From: Armatimonadota bacterium
GTDB taxonomy: Bacteria > Armatimonadota > Hebobacteria > CAIYQO01
Length of the DNA stretch: 47,978 nucleotides
Reading direction: 5' to 3'
Assembly: GCA_038248345.1 (NCBI GenBank)
Contig: JBBRXO010000008.1
Coordinates: 1-47,978, forward strand
This document shows, piece by piece, positions 40,643-47,978 of the stretch (positions within the stretch are counted from its first letter, which is position 1; every line of letters begins with the position of its first letter). The notes beneath the pieces are model-generated. The model was not told where the DNA came from. It did not search any database and worked only from the letters and a program-made list of their open reading frames with translations. A program made the translations under genes and the position numbers.

Positions 40643-41209
40643 ATGATTTATCAAGATGACTTGAAAGAGATCCTCTACAATGAGGAACAAATAGCGGCAC
40701 GAGTTGCAGAAATGGGCGCACAAATATCCAAAGACTACGAAGGTAAATCCATCGTACTCGTAGGGGTACTAAATGGCGCAGTGGTTTTTCTCGCTGACTT
40801 GATGCGGCAGATAACAGTACCGGTATATGTGGATATGGTCGCCATATCCAGCTATGGTTCATATTCCAGTACCTCTGGTGTGGTTCGTATTATGAAAGAC
40901 TTGGACGATAGCGTGGAGAGTAAGCACATACTTATCGTTGAAGATATACTAGATACCGGGTTGACGCTAAACTACCTGGAAGACTACTTGCGGAAGCATA
41001 ACCCCGCCAGCGTTAGAAAAGCAGTAATGCTCAGCAAACCTAGTCGCCATAAAGTAAAAGTCAATGTCGACTATCTGGGCTTTGAAGTCCCAGATGAATT
41101 TGTGGTTGGCTATGGCCTTGATTATGCAAAACAGTACCGCAATTTACCAGTTGTGGCGATACTGAACCCGGATATCTATGCTGGGTCAGACACACCGCCT
41201 ACCTCATAG
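40643..41209 (+). CDS. hpt: Hypoxanthine phosphoribosyltransferase
   Basis: ISSYG, LIVEDILDTGLTL and FVVGYGLDY...RNLP. Confidence 0.96.
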   Translation: MIYQDDLKEILYNEEQIAARVAEMGAQISKDYEGKSIVLVGVLNGAVVFLADLMRQITVPVYVDMVAISSYGSYSSTSGVVRIMKDLDDSVESKHILIVEDILDTGLTLNYLEDYLRKHNPASVRKAVMLSKPSRHKVKVNVDYLGFEVPDEFVVGYGLDYAKQYRNLPVVAILNPDIYAGSDTPPTS

Positions 41210-41272
41210 TTTTGGGAACAGAACACACGTCAATTTCAGACGACGAAATATTTTAGCAAGAGGGTATAACAC

Positions 41273-42586
41273 GTGGAAGAACAGATTATTGATAGCCCAG
41301 ATTCAGAGACCGCCGAATTAGAATCTAAAACGCTTCATCAACTGCATGGCGTTGCCAAAGAGCTGGGCATTGCTGAGTTTTATCGACTGCGTAAGCATGA
41401 TCTGATCGGTAAAATCGTGCTGGTACAAGCGGAGAAGAGCAAGCAGGAACAAGCGGAGAAAGCAGGGGTACTCACTCGAACTGGTACCCTGGAGATTCTC
41501 CCGGATGGCTTTGGTTTTTTGCGTGTGCAGGGCTTTATCCCGGGGCAGGAGGACGTTTATGTATCCATGTCACAGATCAAGCGATTTAATCTGCGCACTG
41601 GTGACACCATAACTGGTGCGATACGCCCACCGAAAGATTCTGAACGATATTTCAGTATGTTGCGTATCGAAGAGATAAATGGCGAGCTTACTGAACAGAT
41701 AAAAAAACGTATCAGTTTTGACGATTTGACCCCCGTTTTCCCTGATGAGCGCTTACGCTTAGAAACGACAAAAGAAAATATCTCTTCACGAGTTATCGAC
41801 CTAGTAGCTCCTATCGGTAAAGGGCAACGTGGACTTATCGTGGCACCGCCCAAGGCAGGTAAGACGACACTCCTCAAGGATATCGCCAATAGTATCACCA
41901 CCAATAACCCCGAAGTTCACCTGATTGTGCTGCTGGTAGACGAGCGTCCAGAAGAAGTGACGGACATCCGTCGCTCGGTAAAGGGCGAAGTCGCCGCCTC
42001 AACTTTTGATGAGTTACCCGAGAACCACATGAAAGTACAGGAGATGGTGCTGGAACGCGCCAAGCGCCTGGTAGAGATGGGCAAAGATGTCGTCGTATTG
42101 CTCGATTCGCTCACCAGATTGGCACGCGCATCTAACCTGACGGTGACCCCTTCAGGCAGAACACTTTCCGGTGGACTTGATCCAAGCGCACTCTATCGAC
42201 CTAAACGTTTCTTCGGCGCTGCGCGAAATATTGAACATGGCGGGTCACTCACTATCATTGCGACCTGCCTCGTGGAAACAGGCAGCCGCATGGACGACGC
42301 GATTTTTGAAGAATTCAAGGCTACGGGTAACATGGAGTTAGTATTGGATCGCAACTTGTCGGAACGCCGCATCTTCCCGGCAATTGACGTAAAACGGTCA
42401 GGGACACGTCGCGAAGAACTCCTGTATAGTAAAGAAGAGAAAGATCGTGTCTGGTCATTGCGCCGAGTGCTTAATTCGCTTGATACCGCGCCGGCAGCAG
42501 AGTTGCTGCTCACTGGATTGAATAAGACCCAATCGAATGAGGACTTCCTTCTATATGTAGAGAAGGAGTTACGTCCGTCCCGTTAG
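41273..42586 (+). CDS. rho: Transcription termination factor Rho
   Basis: DGFGFLR, GKGQRGLIVAPPKAGKT, DERPEEVTD, FFGAARN and SGTRREELL. Confidence 0.99.
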   Translation: MEEQIIDSPDSETAELESKTLHQLHGVAKELGIAEFYRLRKHDLIGKIVLVQAEKSKQEQAEKAGVLTRTGTLEILPDGFGFLRVQGFIPGQEDVYVSMSQIKRFNLRTGDTITGAIRPPKDSERYFSMLRIEEINGELTEQIKKRISFDDLTPVFPDERLRLETTKENISSRVIDLVAPIGKGQRGLIVAPPKAGKTTLLKDIANSITTNNPEVHLIVLLVDERPEEVTDIRRSVKGEVAASTFDELPENHMKVQEMVLERAKRLVEMGKDVVVLLDSLTRLARASNLTVTPSGRTLSGGLDPSALYRPKRFFGAARNIEHGGSLTIIATCLVETGSRMDDAIFEEFKATGNMELVLDRNLSERRIFPAIDVKRSGTRREELLYSKEEKDRVWSLRRVLNSLDTAPAAELLLTGLNKTQSNEDFLLYVEKELRPSR

Positions 42587-42605
42587 AGTTACCGCTGGGA
42601 GCAAA

Positions 42606-43007
42606 ATGCCGAACACTGATCTCCATTTACTTCATATTTTGGGGGTTATCCATAAGCAGGGAGCAAAAGAGAGCGACCTGCTTATGGAAGATGATGAGCA
42701 TCGTCAATTAGCTATTCCGGTGGGTATCTGTGAAGCGACGGCGGTGGAAAGAGGTCTCAACAGGACGAATTCAGAGCGACCTCTCACACACGATTTGCTG
42801 GCAATACTAGCGGAACGACTTGGCTCTCCGGTTTTGCGGGTGGAAATAGATGATTATTCGCAGGGCATTTATTATGCGCGGATAATTCTCCAGGACGGGG
42901 ATACTTTCATAAGTGTTGACTGTCGTCCCAGCGATGGTATTGCGATTGCACTACGGACTAGTGTCCCAATATACGTCACCGATACGGTGATGACTTCAAC
43001 GGAATGA
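42606..43007 (+). CDS. Bifunctional nuclease family protein (DUF151)
   Basis: IPVGICEA, RPLTHDLL and DCRPSDGIAIALR. Confidence 0.9.
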   Translation: MPNTDLHLLHILGVIHKQGAKESDLLMEDDEHRQLAIPVGICEATAVERGLNRTNSERPLTHDLLAILAERLGSPVLRVEIDDYSQGIYYARIILQDGDTFISVDCRPSDGIAIALRTSVPIYVTDTVMTSTE

Positions 43008-43030
43008 CCGCTTTGTCACAGCGGTCATTT
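43003..43030 (+). terminator. Terminator-like hairpin
   Basis: AATGACCGCT...AGCGGTCATTT at the DUF151 stop. Confidence 0.5.
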
Positions 43031-43078
43031 CCATGTTAAAATTAACCTGCGCTTTGGCTCCAGCGCCCTGGATATATT

Positions 43079-44128
43079 ATGCATTTTATCTCTGAACATC
43101 CTAGTTTGATCGTAATACTCTCTGGTGCAATATCATTCTTGATCACATTTATCCTCGCGCCCCCTACCATCAAATTTCTGCATGAGAAGAAATATGGCCA
43201 GGCAATTCGTGACGATGGGCCAGACAGGCACAAAAAGAAACAAGGCACGCCAACGATGGGCGGTGTGATCATTCTCGCAGGGGTTACTGGCGGTACGATT
43301 GTATCATTATGCACGTTCGCCATTCTCAAGCCAGTCCTGCAATTCCAGATATTTGACCTGATGTTCTCCCTTGCACTGCTCGCATTGACGATTGCTTTCT
43401 CCTCGATCGGGGTTATTGATGATTGGGGGAAGATCAAGCGAGGGCGCTCGTTGGGGTTAAAAGCACGCGAGAAGCTAGCACTGCAACTGATTACTGCAGC
43501 GCTATTCGTCGGTGTTCTTTTCTGGGGGATGCATACTAGTACTACCATTGGGATCCCTGGTGTCGGTCTGGTCGAGCTGGGCTTCTGGTATTGGCCTTTT
43601 GCGATTCTTTTCATTACCGCTTTCTCTAATGCGGTAAATCTCACTGATGGTCTTGACGGGCTAGCCGCAGGCACTACCGTGTTGGCTGCATCAGCATTGG
43701 GTGTTGTTGCATGGTTTCTACAGAAAGATTATACATCGCTCATCGGTCCGGGGATATCCGCTTTCCTTATTTGCCTCGCAGCAGCTTGTCTGGCATTCCT
43801 CTGGTTCAATCGGCATCCGGCGAAGATTTTTATGGGTGATACTGGTTCGCTGGCAATCGGAGCTGCGTTAGCTGGAGCAGCACTGGCAATGAAGCAGGAA
43901 GTAATACTGATCGTAATCGGGATGATCTTCCTGCTAGAGATGTTCTCCGTGATTATTCAGGTCATCTCCTTTAAACTGACTGGTAAACGGGTTTTCCGCA
44001 TGAGTCCCTATCATCACCATCTGGAATTGGGCGGTTGGGGAGAGACGAAAATCGTCACCCGTGCCTGGTTGCTGGGATTAATACTGGCATTACTCGGTAC
44101 CGGTATCTTCTTTTTCTTCCATCGATAG
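43079..44128 (+). CDS. mraY: Phospho-N-acetylmuramoyl-pentapeptide transferase
   Basis: GTPTMGG, IDD, SNAVNLTDGLDGL, IFMGDTGS and HHHLELGGW. Confidence 0.97.
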   Translation: MHFISEHPSLIVILSGAISFLITFILAPPTIKFLHEKKYGQAIRDDGPDRHKKKQGTPTMGGVIILAGVTGGTIVSLCTFAILKPVLQFQIFDLMFSLALLALTIAFSSIGVIDDWGKIKRGRSLGLKAREKLALQLITAALFVGVLFWGMHTSTTIGIPGVGLVELGFWYWPFAILFITAFSNAVNLTDGLDGLAAGTTVLAASALGVVAWFLQKDYTSLIGPGISAFLICLAAACLAFLWFNRHPAKIFMGDTGSLAIGAALAGAALAMKQEVILIVIGMIFLLEMFSVIIQVISFKLTGKRVFRMSPYHHHLELGGWGETKIVTRAWLLGLILALLGTGIFFFFHR

Positions 44129-44129
44129 T

Positions 44130-44927
44130 GTGAGGTTGCCGCAAATGGTAGATGCTATCACAGCGCCGATTTATGAAATATTCTCTGGCATTCAAGGTGA
44201 AGGCATCCTTGTCGGATATCGACAGATATTCCTCCGCTTACATGGATGCAGTCTCGGATGTAATTTCTGTGATACTCCTGCATCCCGCGGAAAAATACCG
44301 GCGCAATGCGAAATAGAGCAGACCGCCGGTGCGCGTGATATGCACATGATCTGTAACCCCCTCACTACCCAGCAAATCATAGCAGCCGTGCAGCGCTTGC
44401 AACTTACATACCCTCATCATTCCGTCAGCATAACCGGTGGGGAACCGCTGGAGCGTGCGCCATTCGTTGCCGAGTTAGTGGGGGAGCTTCGCAACATCGG
44501 CATTCCAAGTTATCTGGAGACCAACGGTGTCTGCGCGGAACAATTAGCATCTTTACCGCTTGCGCCAGACTTCATCGCTATGGATATCAAGTTGCCTGGT
44601 ACTGCCGGGGTGATTCCATGTTGGGAGAGGCACCGCGCATTCCTGCGCGCAGCTCGTGAGCTGTTAGCGAATGAATTAGCTGCGCGATTGCAGGTGAAGG
44701 TCGTCTTCGCTGCCGGGAGCGCGGGAGAAGTTGCCCAGGCGGCAGCGCTGGTGGCCGAGTTCAACGCCGACATCCCGCTGGTGCTGCAGCCGGTTACCTA
44801 CCATCACGGAGCCGGACTACCGCCTCCCACGCCCGAGTTAACGCTGGAGGCGCAACAACGAGCTTCCTCGCATCTTCATCATGTCCGCGTTATTCCGCAG
44901 ACGCATGTACTGCTGCGGCAACGGTGA
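44130..44927 (+). CDS. queE: 7-carboxy-7-deazaguanine synthase (radical SAM)
   Basis: EIFSGIQGEG, CSLGCNFCDT, TGGEP, LETNG, MDIKL and VRVIPQTH. Confidence 0.85.
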   Translation: MRLPQMVDAITAPIYEIFSGIQGEGILVGYRQIFLRLHGCSLGCNFCDTPASRGKIPAQCEIEQTAGARDMHMICNPLTTQQIIAAVQRLQLTYPHHSVSITGGEPLERAPFVAELVGELRNIGIPSYLETNGVCAEQLASLPLAPDFIAMDIKLPGTAGVIPCWERHRAFLRAARELLANELAARLQVKVVFAAGSAGEVAQAAALVAEFNADIPLVLQPVTYHHGAGLPPPTPELTLEAQQRASSHLHHVRVIPQTHVLLRQR

Positions 44928-45656
44928 CTATAGGATCGTGTAGCTCCGCAAATCCTCCGCCACCGTCACTGGTAGCTCTTGCCAGATAGTTGCATCCGGG
45001 GTGTCCAGGTGGTTGAGGAATACCGTCGTCTCCGCTGGTACCTCGGCGAGGAAAGCGCGCAGGTCTTCCATTCCGATATGCACCGGTGACGTCGGGTGGG
45101 AGTCCGCTTCGATTATTAACGCCCGCGCACCACCGGCCAGCTCCTGCACCGCCGGGCAAAGGTGTGTGTCGCCGGTGTAGGCGAGGACGCCCTCGGCCAG
45201 CTGCAGGCGATACCCATAGCATTTCTGATACGGCGCGCCGTGTTCAACCTTTATGGCGGTAAAGGTCACCCCGGCCACGGTTTCCACTGTTCCTGGGTTA
45301 ACCTCATGGAATATCATCGGGCGTGGCCACCCCATCGCCATGATCTCCGGGTAGGCTAATTCCATGATCGTCTGCACGCGCTCCGCTACCCCTGCCGGGC
45401 CGATGATCGTCAGCGGCGCGTCCGTCTTCGCGATGAACATCCACTCCAGCAACAGGAACGGCAGGCCAAAGCAATGGTCGGCATGGAAGTGGCTTAGAAA
45501 TATATGGGATATTTTCGCAGTATCTTTGTGTAGTCGCTTCAGGCTCAACAGCGCCCCCGGCCCGGCGTCCAGCATGATGATATCATTAACGAGTATGCAC
45601 CCGCACTCACGCCCGGCCATGAAGGCATTGCCGCTACCTAAAAATGTAAGTTCCAT
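44928..45656 (-). CDS. MBL-fold metallo-hydrolase (RNase Z/BN-like)
   Basis: FLGSG, SHFHADH, YTGDT and LNH. Confidence 0.85.
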   Translation of the reverse strand: MELTFLGSGNAFMAGRECGCILVNDIIMLDAGPGALLSLKRLHKDTAKISHIFLSHFHADHCFGLPFLLLEWMFIAKTDAPLTIIGPAGVAERVQTIMELAYPEIMAMGWPRPMIFHEVNPGTVETVAGVTFTAIKVEHGAPYQKCYGYRLQLAEGVLAYTGDTHLCPAVQELAGGARALIIEADSHPTSPVHIGMEDLRAFLAEVPAETTVFLNHLDTPDATIWQELPVTVAEDLRSYTIL

Positions 45657-45777
45657 CCTTGTGTTCTCCTATCGCCGATATTATATCACGGTAGAGAGCA
45701 TGGTGTGCGCCACGATCATTACCCCCTATGCTGAAATCCGACAATCGGGTATGCTTATACCTAAGCTTTATGGAGGA

Positions 45778-46248
45778 ATGATGGCGGAGAATAAGAGTAG
45801 AAAAGTGTTGGTAGATAATCGCAAAGCCTGGCACGATTATGAGATATTGGATACCGTGGAGGCTGGGCTGGTGCTCACCGGTACCGAGATAAAATCGCTG
45901 CGCGCGGGTAGGGGAAACCTGCGCGATAGTTACGCACGCGTGGATCACGGCGAGGTGTGGCTGCATAACATGCACATCAGCCCTTTCGAGCAAGGGAACA
46001 GAGCGAATGTTGACCCACTGCGCATTCGCAAAACCTTGCTGCACCGGGAAGAGATTCGCAAGCTGCTGATGAAGACGCGTGAAAAAGGGTATTCGATCAT
46101 CCCCACCAAGGTCTATCTGGAGAATCGGCGTGCCAAAATCGAGCTGGCGCTCGCCCGCGGCAAACGGCAATTCGACAAGCGTGACGCCATCGCCGAACGG
46201 GAAATGGCACGGGAGAAGGAACGCGCACTAAAACACGACCGGGAATAG
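45778..46248 (+). CDS. smpB: SsrA-binding protein
   Basis: NRKAWHDY, EAGLVLTGTEIKSLR and GKRQFDKR. GGAGG RBS. Confidence 0.97.
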   Translation: MMAENKSRKVLVDNRKAWHDYEILDTVEAGLVLTGTEIKSLRAGRGNLRDSYARVDHGEVWLHNMHISPFEQGNRANVDPLRIRKTLLHREEIRKLLMKTREKGYSIIPTKVYLENRRAKIELALARGKRQFDKRDAIAEREMAREKERALKHDRE

Positions 46249-46260
46249 CAGGATAAAAAC

Positions 46261-47208
46261 ATGACAGGTAAGTTAGACAAAGAAGACATCCGCGAGGTAG
46301 CATTAGCGCGCCGCGGAAATATTGACGAGCGCGAGCGCTTTACCCGCTCGTTGAAGATTCAGCACAATGTCTGTGAGCTAGCCGTTTTCCGCGCGGCGCA
46401 GACTATCTGCTGCTACTCCGCCTTTCGCGATGAGGTATTAACCGACAAACTGCACGGCCTTATCCTTTGCCAGGGGAGGCGATTGGTGTTGCCAGCCACG
46501 CACCCGGATACCCATACCCTTTCGCTGCACCTGGTGTCGTCGGCCTTTGACGTCCTCCCCGGCTACCACGGCATACCCGAGCCGCGCCCGGAGCTACCGC
46601 AGGTCATCCCCGCTGATATCGACCTCTTCATCGTTCCTGGAGCCGCCTTTGACGCCTGTGGCAACCGTCTGGGCTACGGCGCTGGATACTATGATGGTAT
46701 GCTGGCTGAGAGCGATGCGGTGCGGGTAGGGGTAGCCTTTGCCTGCCAGTTGGAGCAGCATATCCCCGTTGCTACGCATGATATCCCCATGGATTTCCTC
46801 GTCACCGAGCACGGAGTCATCGACTGCGCCCAGGCGCGGATGCCCATCGATCACCTGCACCTGCACAACATGGTCATCTACGGCCACCACGGCGCCTTCC
46901 CGCACGAGCGCGAGCAAGGCCTACGCATCGCCTTCGACGTCGATCTGCGCATAGACCTGCAACTGGCCGGTGTCACCGACGCGCTGGGTCACACAGTGAA
47001 TTACCCGCTCATCTACCAGCTCATCGAGAAAGTGCAGCGCAAAGAGCAATACCACCTGCTGGAAACCCTCGCCGCCCGCGTCGCCGCCGCCATCCTCGAC
47101 GACTTCCCCACTGTAGCCGCCGTAACCATAAAAGTAAGCAAATTCAACCCCCCCGTAGGCGGCCTGATGGACAGCTTTGAGGTAGAGATAACGCGGGAGC
47201 GGAAGTGA
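46261..47208 (+). CDS. Fused 5-formyltetrahydrofolate cyclo-ligase / dihydroneopterin aldolase
   Basis: N-part has GIPEP, VPGAAFD and RLGYGAGYYD. C-part has YGHHGAFPHERE, TVNY, LLETLA and SKFNPP (FolB). The frame is continuous. Confidence 0.9.
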   Translation: MTGKLDKEDIREVALARRGNIDERERFTRSLKIQHNVCELAVFRAAQTICCYSAFRDEVLTDKLHGLILCQGRRLVLPATHPDTHTLSLHLVSSAFDVLPGYHGIPEPRPELPQVIPADIDLFIVPGAAFDACGNRLGYGAGYYDGMLAESDAVRVGVAFACQLEQHIPVATHDIPMDFLVTEHGVIDCAQARMPIDHLHLHNMVIYGHHGAFPHEREQGLRIAFDVDLRIDLQLAGVTDALGHTVNYPLIYQLIEKVQRKEQYHLLETLAARVAAAILDDFPTVAAVTIKVSKFNPPVGGLMDSFEVEITRERK

Positions 47209-47224
47209 CAATGGAACAGTATAT

Positions 47225-47273
47225 GTAGGGGCACAAGGCTTGTGCCCTCCGTAGCATGGGCGTCTCGCCCATG
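47225..47273 (+). repeat. Two tandem GTAG-headed REP-like palindromes
   Basis: GTAG-GGGCACAAG-G-CTTGTGCCC and GTAG-CATGGGCG-TCT-CGCCCATG. Confidence 0.65.
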
Positions 47274-47436
47274 AGAACGGGGTCTCAATGCAGATTGTCA
47301 AAACAGAGATGTCTGGAAGGATGCCAAGCCTTAGCGCGGCCCCGCTTAGTAACGAACTTACACCCCCCCATTGCATAACCATACCATAAGACGTATCATT
47401 GCATCTAATGTTATTCTGGAATGGGAGGTCTCAACC

Positions 47437-47978
47437 ATGTACTGTCACAAATGTGGCGCTGATTTACGTGATGATGCGCAGTTCTGCTCAAAATGCGGTA
47501 ACGCTATTTCGTCAATACCGATTGAACCCCAAGTCGCAACTATCCCTGTTGTTGCAGTGGAGACGCCATCGCCTGCCAGCAGGCAAGTTCCCTGGCTAGT
47601 TATCATCATCACCTTGTCAGTTATTGTGCTGGGTGTTGGCGGGGTGATTGCCTCGCGCACACTGAAAAAGCCGGAATTGGGCGACATGCGAGTTAACCCC
47701 AAAGACAACGCCGAGATGGTCTGGGTGCCCGGCGCTACCTTCACCATGGGCAGTCCGGATGGTGTAGGTTTTAAAGATGAATACCCCGCCCATCAGGTCA
47801 CCCTCTCCGGTTATTGGATCTACAAGTATGATGTCACCGTGGCGCAGTACCGCGCCTTCTGCACTGCCACCGCACGGGCGTTGCCGGAGTTCCCAGATGA
47901 TGAATATAGTTGGAAAGGGAAAAAGAGCTGGGAGCACCCCGATCTGCAGCAGCACCCGATAGTCAATGTCAGTTGGGA
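47437..47978 (+). CDS. Zinc-ribbon + TM + formylglycine-generating-enzyme (FGE-sulfatase/SUMF1) domain protein, truncated by the window end
   Basis: Manual translation gives MYCHKCG...FCSKCG, TM WLVIIITLSVIVLGVGGVIA, MVWVPGATFTMGS, EYPAHQVTL, VTVAQYRAF and HPIVNVSW. GGAGG RBS. Absent from the ORF track because it has no stop in the window. Confidence 0.88.
   Translation, partial: MYCHKCGADLRDDAQFCSKCGNAISSIPIEPQVATIPVVAVETPSPASRQVPWLVIIITLSVIVLGVGGVIASRTLKKPELGDMRVNPKDNAEMVWVPGATFTMGSPDGVGFKDEYPAHQVTLSGYWIYKYDVTVAQYRAFCTATARALPEFPDDEYSWKGKKSWEHPDLQQHPIVNVSW

Noticed and set aside
45364..45777. Apparent N-terminal extension making SmpB 294 aa
   Set aside because: It overlaps the opposite-strand MBL gene. 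A GGAGG RBS supports the start at 45778/45781.
46249..47436. tmRNA (ssrA) next to smpB
   Set aside because: The space is occupied by the 5-FCL/FolB gene, and no tRNA-like GGGG...CCACCA ends are visible in the remaining gap.

Overview
A bacterial chromosomal window, probably from a diderm lineage. The gene style is reminiscent of Armatimonadota, but this is a weak inference. About 1-11.4 kb is accessory and partly decayed. It holds a putative transposon end, a 780-aa uncharacterised protein with a papain/transglutaminase-like Cys-His-Asp signature, an Fe3+/thiamine-type ABC importer with two frameshifts, a truncated pseudogene, a 1391-aa heparinase II/III-like protein and an IS21-like end remnant. 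The rest is largely housekeeping: GT4, an exported MBL hydrolase, a metK-adenosine kinase-ahcY operon and a complete F1Fo ATP synthase operon with trpS inserted between atpG and atpD. A Rex-like operator sits on an internal atp promoter. Next come two ABC exporter modules, an orphan N6-adenine DNA methyltransferase, xseA-nrnA-rbfA-HAD, two thioredoxins and a TraF-like beta-barrel. The window ends with guaA-hpt-rho-DUF151, a stand-alone mraY with queE, an RNase Z-like MBL, smpB, a 5-formyl-THF cyclo-ligase/FolB fusion, REP-like palindromes and an FGE-sulfatase-domain gene running off the end. I recognised no rRNA, tRNA or CRISPR array. All calls come from motif recognition by eye; no searches were run.
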